Below are positions 10,482 through 21,602 of a stretch of DNA of 63,967 nt, in pieces. How positions within the stretch are numbered: position 1 is the first letter of the stretch; every line of letters begins with the position of its first letter. The notes below the pieces were generated by a model. It ran no database searches. It saw only the letters and a program-made list of their open reading frames with translations, and had not been told where the DNA came from. This DNA is from Vitrella brassicaformis CCMP3155 (lineage: Eukaryota; Protista; Chromerida): positions 1 through 63,967 of the forward strand of contig CDMY01000313.1 of the NCBI GenBank assembly GCA_001179505.1. The letters run 5' to 3'. Position numbers and translations under genes: made by a program.

Positions 10482-13400
10482 TCACTGCACCTCATACAAC
10501 CACACGGATGTAACTTCACCGAAGCCCTTCCCCACCCCCCACTCACTCAGGTTCAGGCTGGCCACCACCAGACAGACAGACAGACAGACAGACATACGGG
10601 CGGACGACAAGGCACGCAAACAGACAGGCAGAAAGGCAGCCGTCAAGAGCTCCTTCCAGCCACATGCAGCGCAGCCACACACAACTACACACCACAAATG
10701 GGAATGCACAAATCGTATGGGAATGCACAAATCGCACGAGAAGCGAAGTAGCAGGCCCATCAGTGCATTGCACTGATTCGGCCCGGTCAGTCAGTCAAAT
10801 TAACCACTCAGCCCAGCCCAGCCCATCGACAACGTACACGTCACCCTTCCCCCTGCCCTGCCACCCATCCCATCCGCCCATCCATCAGTCCAAATATCAA
10901 AAACAGCGGTGCCAACACTCGACCGACGCACCAGCACCCACACGCACCAAGCCCCTCTCCCCTTCCAGCGCGCCTCACCTGGCGCAGCATTTGGACCGTC
11001 GGCCCGCCCTCGCCTCTCTCGCCGGCAGGGGAAGCCTGGCAGGCTGCGGTGGGGGGAGCTGTGGCAGCCAAACCGGCGGCCGCGGAACCATCTGCGACGA
11101 GACGAGATGCCGCGGGAGGAAGTGGATGTGGGAGGGAGGATGCCCGATGAGGGGAGGGGGGATGAGGGGAGGGGGCGGGCTGACGGGCACAGGTCGTGCA
11201 GCGGCAGGAGCGGCAGAAGCCGGAGATGGCCGAACAGGTTGTGGCATGGCCGGAGGCGGCATGATGGGGGTCTCCTGCGGAATGAGGTCACTGTCTTGGT
11301 CCTCCAGGTCTTCCGCCTCAGCCCTCCCACGCATCCTCATGGCTGAAACGGTCTGCCGGAGCCTGCTGATGGTCTCTTCGGACTCAATCCTGGCGAGCAA
11401 GCAAGGGCGGTATGAAAAATCGGTGTGTTCTTACTGGCTGACTAACCGACTGACCTTTCGACCTCCAGCGAAGTGCGTGCGTCCCGGAGTTGGCTGCGCG
11501 TCTCCTGCAGGGTGTCACGAACCGCCTGCAGCTCCCGCTCGTGCGCCCCCTGCAGCTCCTCCACGTCACCATGGAACGCCGCCTGAAACGGACATGCAGA
11601 GAGCAAAAGGAAAGACGAATAATACACATCCGTGAGCGGATTGATGTGTCCCATCCACCCACGCACCTGCATCTCGTTGAGCTCCTCGTCTTGCTCAGCC
11701 AGACGGTTCTGCAGGCGGGCGATGCTTGCCCTCATGGCCAGCCTCACCACAGCCTGCAGGCCGCTCCACGCACCCTGCAGCTGGCGCCGCTGCGGGGCCT
11801 GCAGGCTGCTGGCCAGGCGGAGGGGGGCCGTCTCGTCCTTGGCGAGTCGCAGCTCGTTGGCAAGACGCATGGTGGCTGTGGTGGCGCCCCGATGGGCCGT
11901 CTGCAGCCGCTCCAACTCCTGCGTCTTGGCCGCCAGCGCCTTGCCGAGCTCGCCCTTCTCCTGCACCAGCCGGCTGAAGCACCCATCACACAGAAAAGCA
12001 TAGCAGCATACAAGTCATGTGCTCAAGATGTGGTAGGTACCTACCGGATTGCGTCGTCGCGCTGGTTGACGTCGTCCGACAGCTCTCTGCGCCGCCGACT
12101 GGCGAGGTCGAGTCGACTCTCCAGCTCCCTGTCAGTTGACACAAAGCCAACAAGACAAAGAGCACATCCATCCATCCATCCATGGACGATGCAGCTGTGT
12201 CGTTTCGTCGTTCGTTATCACTCACTCGCACTGGGCCTTGTGCTCGTGCAGCTCCGCCTGGTGCCGCCGTGTGGCCTGCTCCATGGCGGCGTTGAGGTCG
12301 CGGTGAGCCTCCTCCAGCCCCCTGAAGTTACAGAGTCAAGCAAAAGGCAAGGAAAGGATGACGCCACGTCAGCTTGCGTGAATGCATCGTTGTGGAGCTT
12401 ACCAGAGCTCGTATTTGACCTCCATGAGCTCCTTGTGGTGCTCTCGGCGGGCTGTCGTCAGCTCACTGCGGACGGCCTCGAGCTCCCTGACGAAATACAC
12501 AGTGATGAAGATGAAGCGCACACTGTTAATTTTAATGTGTCTGCGCTGCCTACCGCTGCAGTGCGCTCTCGTCTTAGAGCCTGGCGAGCTCGTCTTTCAA
12601 CTTGTTGAGCTCGGACCTGCAACACAACACACCACAGCAAGAGATGGATGACTCCGTTTCGACCAAATGGGACAGGGGGAGACTGCTCGTGGGTGGACGA
12701 TTCTCTCACGTACTCACTGACACCAGGAGAGAACACACAACACACAAAGAAGGACACAAATGACATTTCTCTCTGTTTTCGTATCCAATTGGCTTACTGC
12801 AATGTGGCGCACAGCTGGCTGTCAGCCTCTTGGTCCTCGTGCTCGTGCTCGTAGGCCACCAGAAGCCGCCGCAGCTCCTCGACTCGGCTCTCGCACACAG
12901 CCGTCTTGCCCCTCGCCCTCCGCAGCTCGCCCCTCGCCCTCCGCAGCTCCTTGCGCAGCCTCGAGTTGGCGACTCGCAGGTGCTGCCGGGCTTCGTACTC
13001 CCCCCAGTCGTACGAAGCCCAGTCATCCTCCTCATCGTCGCCCTCGTCGGGCCGCTGCCACTCGTCGGAGCCCTCATGCTGCCCGCCTCCCTCCCGGCTG
13101 CTTGTCCCACCATCCGTCCTGCTGCTGCCCGTCATCACCGGGTGTGAGGGGAGGGATGGGGGAGGGGCGGGAGCGTCGTACGACGCCCCAGCAGACGGTG
13201 GCGATGACGGGTGGGGCGCCGATGCAGTGGCGCCGTCTGCCGTGGGAGCGGCTGGGGCGCCAGGTGAGAGTGCGGCAGGGGGTGCGGGTGCCTCGTGGTG
13301 GGTCTGGGCCGCATGCTGGGCAACAATGTGCCTGAGCATCTGCCACCCCTCGTCAGTCAGGCCCGCCATCTGCTGCATGAGCCGTGTTGTGGGCGGATGG

Positions 13401-13816
13401 GTGTAGACGGCCTCCGCTGCTGGGTGGTGCGTTGGGGAGGGGAGGGAGAGGGGAAGGGGCGAGGCGTCAGAGGCGGATGAGGGTGCGATGGCGGCAAGAG
13501 GGGTCGAGTCATCATGCGAGGGTCCAGGATGGGACGGCATGATGCCCAGAAACTGACATTCATCGACAGGAACACACGAGAGGTGATTCCACTGTCTGAA
13601 ATGAAAGAGTTCTGCCTATTGTGTTCCGTTGCGCACCTCCCGGTCTTCGTCTTGCTCGTCGGGACCGATTGCTCGCACGGGCGCTGGCGCTGGGTGCTGA
13701 TCTCCACTGCGGCTGTGCTGCATCATGTCCTGGGCGGCGTCTGGCTGATCCGGGCTCGCATTGTTGTCACTGTCATGGCGTCGAAAGCGGCTGGACGGCT
13801 CAGCGTGCTTCTTCAT
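10482..13816 (-). CDS. Coiled-coil protein with Pro-rich termini; in-frame TAA in one internal exon
   Basis: ATG 13816 MKKHAEPS...DRE|FLGIMPSHPG. Heptad-rich exons (LRKELRRARGELRRAR; ELEAVRSELTTARREHH; LAEQDEELNEMQ) joined by phase-consistent introns. The 3' end is uncertain (10975 if the last intron is not used). Confidence 0.65.
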
Positions 13817-13947
13817 CGAAACTCAACAATTTCCCGGCTTAGCTCGCAACTGAGGCGCGCAGACCGAAACCGCTGCTGCAGGGGCGCAGGCGTGTGATCA
13901 GAATCTTTCGTTCAAGCTCAGCCACTGACTCATCCCTGTGCGTCGTG

Positions 13948-15928
13948 ATGCTCGAGTTGATTGGCGGATGCGACACCATCGATGGCGACTTCGATGCGTC
14001 AATCGAGCGGCTCACGATGGCCAAGAGGGCGCTGACGGATGAGATCTCGCGGCTTGTTGCTTCGCGAGGCGGCGTGTCGCACCTTGCCGAGACCATTGGC
14101 GAGATGCTCGTCAATGCAGGTGTGCAGGGGAGGGGCCACGTGGGGTGTCCCAGTGATGATGTGATTGTCTGTGTTGGTCGTCGTGTGTGTATCGAACGAT
14201 CAGGTGGCGTGGTGTTCCCTGTTTCCCGTCGTGCGCTTCTTCTCCCCTGCATGAAGCATCGCTACATCTCGGTCCTGCTGATGCACTTCTCTGACGGCCT
14301 CCCGCGAGATGCCGACGGCCATGTCTATCTGGAGACCTCACCTGCATACTTTGAGGCTTTGCTGGACGAGCTGACACTCTACGAGACTGGCCGCACCAAC
14401 ACCGTTGACCTCCCGCCGTCCAAGGCGGCCGACCCGGCTTACAGCGAGTACCACTCCCTGTTCATGCGCGAGCTGCCATCCTTCTCAGCTCCGACACACA
14501 GCAGCCGCGGTGCCGCCACGACCAAGGCGGTCGATGGCGCATGCGACGAGAAGGCCCTAGCGGATGTCATCCAGACGTCGCTGAGCGACCTGGAAAAGGT
14601 CATGAAGAGGCTCACGCGGCGCAGGGAGGAGGTGGTCCGATTCCTCTCGGCCATGGAGCCCTTCATGAAGGGCCAAGACGACACTGGAGACGACCTGGCG
14701 GTGCTGAGTCTGAACGTCCTCGGCCGGCAGGTCGTCATCCAGAGGCGCACGCTGTTGCGATTGGGAGCCGACCATCCCCTGCTGACACGATTCTCAAAGT
14801 GGGCACACGCACAAAGGGCAGACGGGGCAGCACAGCAGGTCACGTTGGGTGCCTTCGGGTGTCTATGTGTGGTTGTGCAGTACTCCGCCTCGCTGGGGCG
14901 ATCGCCGTGTGCGTCAGACCCCCACCAAGCACTTCGTCAACACAGTCGAGTTCGCTCGGCGATGCGCCTGCATGCCCAAGGACCAGCTCATCCGGCCCCC
15001 GCTGATGGACGAGAGCGAGCGTGAGCTCTTCAAAGAAGATTTGGCGATGTATGGGCTCACTTACTCGCCAATCCTGGACCTGCCGGCCGGCCAGGAGTGG
15101 GTCATGCAGTCGACAGAGGAGTGGGTGGCCGTCCTCGACCTAATGGACAGGCCCACATGCAGACCATCGCTGCTCTTCAAGTGGGCTGGGGACTCACGAA
15201 GGCTCCACGATCTTGAATGGAAGCGGCTTTCCCTTGTTTGTCAGGTCTGGCAGTGACGGTGGTGACTTCGGCACGCTGCTGCAGAAGGTGGGCGACGCGA
15301 GCGGTCTGCTGTTCCTCGTCAGCCACAACGATACACACCGATTCGGCGCTTTCGTCGACGGACAACTCAAGCCGCCCAGCACACGGACCAATAAATACAA
15401 GGTGCCCTCCTTCCTCATTTCGATCAGCGGGGCATACTCTCGGCCGACCAAGGTGCCCATCCCCGAGGCCAGACAGGTGGTCGAGGTCGCCAGCCGCGAC
15501 GCGTTCATGAAAGCTAGAAATGCGGACTCACGTGGCAAGGTGTTAAGAGGGGAGGGGGGGAAGAACAAAGCAGCACAAACAGAAGGACACGGCTATTACA
15601 TTACTGCGGACAGTTGTATTTGAGTGACGGGTACCTGTGGCTTGCGTGGGCCACCCCCGGCCCGGCAGATGACGTCCGAAGCATGCATCAGTGGGTCAAG
15701 AAGGAGGACTTGCCCGACAAGGACTACCTCGGCCAATTCAACGACCACAACGACGAATGCACACTGGCGGGAGACTGGTACTTCACCGCCAAGGAGATGG
15801 AGATATGGCACATCGAGACCGCCAGGGGTGGTTGGTTTGAAGAGGCAGCACCGCACGCTGCTGTCGAGGTCGGGTCGAGGAAGCCGAAGGGTTTCATCAG
15901 CTGGCTGTGGCGGCGGGGAGATGAATAA
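13948..15928 (+). CDS. BTB/POZ-like + TLDc domain protein (paralogue 2)
   Basis: MLVNAG|GVVFPVSRRALL...HFSDGLPRDADGHVYLETSPAYF; TLDc LLFK|SGSDGGDFGTLLQKVGDASGLLFLVSHNDTHRFGAF...FTAKEMEIWHI; stop at 15928. Confidence 0.9.
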
Positions 15929-16992
15929 GTAGATGGCCGATAGTTGCGCGTGGATGCGTGGTAGGGGCCTGGCAGTCCTCCTGGTTGAGTGTGTGTGTGT
16001 GAGTGTGTTTTTCGTGCGAGTCGACCGTGGCATTAGTCGTTTTTGGCTCTCTGACCCTCCCGTGGCCTCTATAAGTACTCTCTCATGGTTTTTGCTGGCG
16101 TGAACGGGGGAAGGGTCAGAAAGCGGGCCCATGTCCGTCTGCCTGTCTGTCTGTCTGACTGACTGTGTGTATGCGCGACAGACAACAGGTGACACCGACC
16201 AGTGGTTTATTTCGCCGTCTGCATATCTGTGGAAGTGTGTCTTCCTTTGCCTCACCTGCCGTGTGTGTACAGTAAATATATCGACACGACGTGCCCCTGC
16301 GTGGCTCCATCCACCCATCCGTTCATCCGATGATCCGCCGTGCTTGTGTGTGTCCGTGTGGTGACATGTCTTGTATCGCGACTGACAGACTGACAGACAG
16401 ACAGGCAGGCAGACAGACAGACCGGTCGGTCCGTCCAAAAATACATTCATGGATGAACAGATGGATGGATAGATGGATTCTCAGTCGATGGCCATGTTGG
16501 TGTGGGTCTCATGATCGACCACTCTGCATATCAACGGGACGGTGCGGCAGCAGTCAATTTATCAATCAATCAATCTGCTGCTGGCCCGACACACTGCATG
16601 ATGGCGCATTGGCAGTGAGTGCAGTGAGTGAATCGCGGGATATGTATGTGTGTGTCTCTCTCCGTCCGGCACTAGATGTGCTTGTTAACGAAGTCTTTAA
16701 CTTCCTCCGTGTCCGTTCATTCTTTGGGCCTCAGAGGCTGCGCACGGCGCAATAGCAAATCGAAGAGGGAGGCAGGAGATTCTCTTGCAAACCAGCAAAG
16801 GTGGCTGTCTGTCTGGCTGTTTGGCTGTATGGCCATGGGAGAGAGGGAGAGAAACATGTCATACGAGAGGGGCCGTGTATGTCTGTGTGTGTGTGTGCGC
16901 GCGTATTTCTCGCCTCTCGCTTTAATTGTCTGCCCGCCGTTTCCATGCCGCAGTCCATTCCCGAGGGGCCGTGTGTGTGTTGTGCAGCTGAC

Positions 16993-17290
16993 GCAGCATG
17001 CATCAGTGGGTCGAGAAGGACGACCTTCCCGATGGCTACCTCGGCCAACGCAACGACAACGGCGAAGAGACCATTTTGCCTCCAATGAGATCGCAATCTA
17101 TCACGTGAGTGCCTTCACTGCGTGATCTTCAGGTGAAGTCGGGCTGAGTGAGTGAGAAGAGGAGCCATTGCGATGACGACAGCAGCGGCAGAGATGTATG
17201 GCCTCACACACATGTCGACATGTGCGTTGATTGATGGACGGACCTTCATGTGTGTGTCGTCGTTTGCATGTCTCATCAATTTTGACCCAC
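16993..17290 (+). pseudogene. Eroded 3' fragment of a TLDc-family gene (last exons plus 3' UTR)
   Basis: gcagcatgcatca...aaggacgaccttcccgatggctac.tcggccaacgcaacgacaacggcga is near-identical to about 7405-7475. It is followed by EIAIY(H)|gtgagt, a 28-nt remnant intron, VKSG* (paralogue 1 has VKSA*), and 3' UTR motifs shared with about 7725-7765. Confidence 0.75.
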
Positions 17291-17706
17291 ACGCGGCTCC
17301 CTCGTGGAAAGTGAATCGAGAAAACACAAGAAGCCGAGAGAAAGCTGAGCTGTGTCTCACACACCACGCAGCACCGTATAAGGGATACACACACACATAC
17401 ACACACACACACACCATTCTGGTCACAGAGACCAGTGAGTGAATGTCAATGGGTCAGTGTCACGGCCTCTGCCCATGACGTGTCGGCAGAGGCGGGAAAA
17501 CTCACATTTGCCAAACAGCCATATACACACGCGCCCACACCCACACCCACACCCGCGCCCATTGAAAGCAAACCGGACATTCAAACACACTCCCACACAG
17601 ACGGGAACGACACACACACGCCCCGATTAAAGGAACGAGCCAGCAACAAAGAACAACACAGCCTATCTCTCTATGTCTGTCTGTGGGTCCGTCTGTCAAG
17701 ATCGCT

Positions 17707-20700
17707 TCAAAGCCTGACATTGCACTCGAGCAGGGTGTTCTCGAAGGGCTCCAGGGTCACCCGCATCATCCCGTCCGCATCGATGGTGCCCCGCCTGCCC
17801 TTCTTGCCGTCGTCACGGCCGTTAAACACCTTGGACCCTGACCGGCTCGACGGCTGCACACAAAGACACACACAGTCACACTGATGGTGGAGGGGCGTGC
17901 GTGTCATCTGTATGTGAATACTGACCGTTTCGAAGACATCCTTCCAGTCTGCGATGCCGATGAGGGTGCCGGGGATCTGGTCGGTAGACGGGCGGGGGAC
18001 GGATGGACACATAAGGCCTTGTGTGGAAGAGAGTGTGTGTTGTGTGTGTGTGTGTGTGGGGGGGGGGGTGTCACCTGTATGGTGCGTCTGTATTCGGATC
18101 GGTTGAGGATGCCGATGAAGGCCTTGAGCGCCAGGAAACGGCTCATCACACACGTGTGCGTGTCAGCCACCAAGATCTGACAAAAGACGGGAGGGGGAGA
18201 AAGGAACCAATGTCATCAGATACAGCATCTCTCTCTCTCTCTCTGTGTCTGTGTGTCTGTCCGTCCGTCTGTCTGTCTGTCTGTGTGGTTGTTGGTTACT
18301 TTGAAGGAGCCCGTGTGAAGGGCCTTGTGGCTCCTCTTCAGGTAGCAGAGGGTCCTGTAGAGGTGGTAGTGCTCACTGTTCCACTTGGACCTGTCCCACT
18401 CTGATATTAACACACACACACACACCGACCTTCATGTGCGTGTCTGTGTGCCGCTAAATGAGATGACTGACCCATGCAGTATCTGCATCCCTCGAGGCTC
18501 CCCAGCCGCCCCGGTATGCCTATCTCGTCGCCATAGTATATGCTGGGCGTCCCTGGCAGCAGGAACTGGGCTATTATCATCCCTGCACACATACCACACC
18601 ACGCACACAATGAGGACTCCATGACGGCCTGTATGTGTGTGTGTGCGTGTGTGTGTGGGGGGGAGGGGGGGGGGTGTCCGTCAGGTGACCTCTGTAGAGG
18701 TCCCACTGGTAGGCCTCCGGGTGGTTGTGGAATCGGTGGATGTCGTGGCTGCCCATGAGGTTGAACTGCAGCCACTGCAGCTGGTTGGGCAGCCGCAAAA
18801 GGTTCTGCAGGATCTGCTCGGCCACCTGAACACACAGACAGACAGACAGACAGACCGCACCATTTATCCATCTGGACAGGTGCGTGTGTCAGGCCATGTC
18901 AGGTACCTCAGTGCCTGTGGGTGCGGGTGATGTGGGCGCGGCCTCGCCATTGGATGTGAGCAGGGCCGTGAAGTGGTCGGCCTCACCGGCGAACCGACGC
19001 AGTGGCCGGAGGCACCCGAAGTAATTCTGCAGGAGACGACACACACACACGCACACATACGCACACATACGCACACATAGCGACGTGCTGCGGTGCGCCG
19101 TCTGTCGGTGGTACCATTGATGAGTCCCACTGGTCTCCCTGGCAGTACTCAGCATAGTCCTCCCAGTGCTCGCCTGCACACACACACACACAGGCAATGC
19201 CGACAGGCAGGCGCGTTGCTGTGTATGGTATGGTGTCTTGTGCGCCACCACACCGACCGACCGATGATGTATGCGTTTCTCTTCTCGCTCTTGACGGCCG
19301 TCCGCACCGCTCGCCAGATGTCATTGGTGTACTGGTCAGAATCACGCCGACCTGCTCACACACACAACACAACATACAGCATATCATTCACACACACCTG
19401 CGCACGTGCCAGCTCGCATGGCACCTGTTTCCGATCCGACGTCAAACCGCCAGGCGTCGATCCCGAAGCGGATCCAGTGTTTGACGAGGCAGTGGGGGTT
19501 GTGTGGGTCGATGAGCTTCTCGCGCAGCAGGTGGGAGCCGAAATTTAGCTGGGGGAGGGTCTTGACGCCATACCAGCACGCGTAGTCGCCGTTGACATCC
19601 TGACCCAGACAGACAGACAGACAGGCAGACAGTTTAGAAGGATTATTGGCTGCTGGTTCTGGTCCTTACTCGGTAGTAGTATCCGGCTTCCTCTGACATG
19701 GGGTCGGCACAGGCCGTTTTGAACCACTGGTGCTCGAGGCCGGTGTGGTTGATGGACACGTCAAGCATCAGGTACATCCCCGCTCGATGCAAGTCGCCTA
19801 TCAACCGAGCTGAAGACCAAAGACCACACAGCATCCACCATCCATCCATCCACACACACGGATACGGATCTTCCCATACACGGCTACTTACCGAGTGCGT
19901 CATTGCCCCCGATATGCGGCTCGACGTTGAAGTAGTCGGTGCAGTCGTATCGATGAGTGGTGCGGGCAGCGAAGATGGGATTCAGGTACAAAGCGTTCAC
20001 ACCCAGCTCTTTGAAGTAGTCGATCGACTCGCGGATGCCGTCAAGATCGCCGTTGTAGAAGTCCTGACACACGCAGCCGCAGACACTCGTGTGGTGTGGT
20101 CTGCAGCTGGTGCGTGTTCGTTTCGCGTGTGTGCTCACTCACCATGCACCACCCCTCCTTGTACTCGAGCGGCTCCGAGCCCCACTCCATTTCCAACGCG
20201 GGATGGCCGTCGAAGTCATACTCGTTCTGACGCACACCCAGGCCACCCTCCTTCCGCCTACACACACACATACACACACATACACACACCACACGACACC
20301 CACACAGGCAGATGAACAAACGCCTAGGTCCATCCATTTGTCTCACTTCCTGAATCGGTCTGGAAAAATCTGGTAGAAGACGGCGGAGGGGACCCACTCG
20401 GGGTGCTCGAAGTCCGACATGATGAGGAAGTTGAAGGCCTCCGGAGGGTGGATCTTGTGCACGCCCCGCCGCGTGTAGAAGATGAGGCCCTCAGTGGTCT
20501 CCAGCACAAAGTGGTACGACAGTCGGGACTGACGGAAGGTGAACTCACACCTATATTGAGAGCAAGCAAAGAGAGAGAGGTGTGCTGAGTGGGCGAGGGA
20601 GGAGTGGGTAGTGTGCACCTACCTGTAGATGCTGAACACGGTTGTGGTGGCGATGGCGTCGCTGACCAGGTGCATCCGGATGTGGTGCGCTGTGCCATTC

Positions 20701-21126
20701 AGAATGGCACGCAGGAACACCTGTCAACGGTTCAATGAATGCCACACAGAAAGACAAGGGTCCGGGCGCGTGTGTGTGCATCCATCCATCCATCCATCCA
20801 TTCATGTGTGTGCGTCTGCTTACTGTTTTGACTTGGTCTGTCTTGAGGAACCTGAGATCGAGGGTGATGGTGTCAAGGAAGGAGGGGTAGGGGTTGGACA
20901 CGAAGTCAGCTGCAACACACATAGCAGGCAGACAGACAGACAGACAGATAGACAGACACACAGACACGCATCACTGCAATGACTTAGCATTTCACTCACT
21001 GTTGGTCTCATGGAAGATGGAGTCGACCCATCTTAGCTTGATCTCCCCTCCGCCCTTCCGCCACGCCACCCCGCCGCCCTCACCCTCCTCGCGCTGCTGA
21101 TGGTGGTGCGATAACGTCTCGCCCAT
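17707..21126 (-). CDS. GH13 alpha-glycosidase, maltodextrin glucosidase (MalZ)/neopullulanase-like
   Basis: WVPSAVFYQIFPDRF; FYNGDLDGI...LGVNALYLNPIF...HRYDCTDY; LDVSINHTG; GIDAWRFDVG (nucleophile D); GEHWED (acid/base E); NLMGSHD; LPGTPSIYYGDEIG. About 17 exons. Confidence 0.92.
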
Positions 21127-21602
21127 CGACACAAGTGCAGATCTTCCTCCTGTGAATAAATCGCTGTGACAGCAACACTGCAGGCACTGCAGCAGGGCGC
21201 TTCGTCGCTTTGCTTGAGCCGAGAACTTGCGAGCTTGAAGCCGACACACTTTTGAGCTCGCAGCTCTTGCAAACCGAGAAGCGCAGCCGGTAAGGGAGAT
21301 GGGGGAAGGTGTGAGAGCGACGCAGTGAGGAAAGACGGGATCTGTGACAAACACAGGCACAGACACAGACACAGACAGACAGACAGTCAGGCAGCCGAGC
21401 GAGACAGTCAGTCGCACAGCGTCCAGCAGCCACCCGCAGACGCAGGCACTCGCTTCGCCGTGCAAGATGCATCGACCCCTGTGCTTGCTGTGTGCTGTTT
21501 GTCTCGTGTGTGTCACAGCCTCAGAGGTGTCGGTCGCTGCGTGGTAGTGGCTGAGAGTGACTGACCTCTGTTTGTCTGTCGTGATCTGATCACTCAATCG
21601 CC

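Noticed and set aside
10698-10735. 19-bp tandem duplication (atgggaatgcacaaatcg) in intron/UTR sequence
   Set aside because: Non-coding slippage duplicate with no evident consequence.
10664-12608. Long plus-strand ORFs (323 aa, 372 aa) antisense to the coiled-coil gene
   Set aside because: Shadow ORFs typical of GC3-rich coding DNA; they cross intronic microsatellites and show no motifs.
16000-16950. Possible exon fragments (for example LDVLVNEVFNFLRVRSFFGPQ) between TLDc2 and the relic
   Set aside because: Interrupted by stops, cannot be joined in phase, and no homology recognised.
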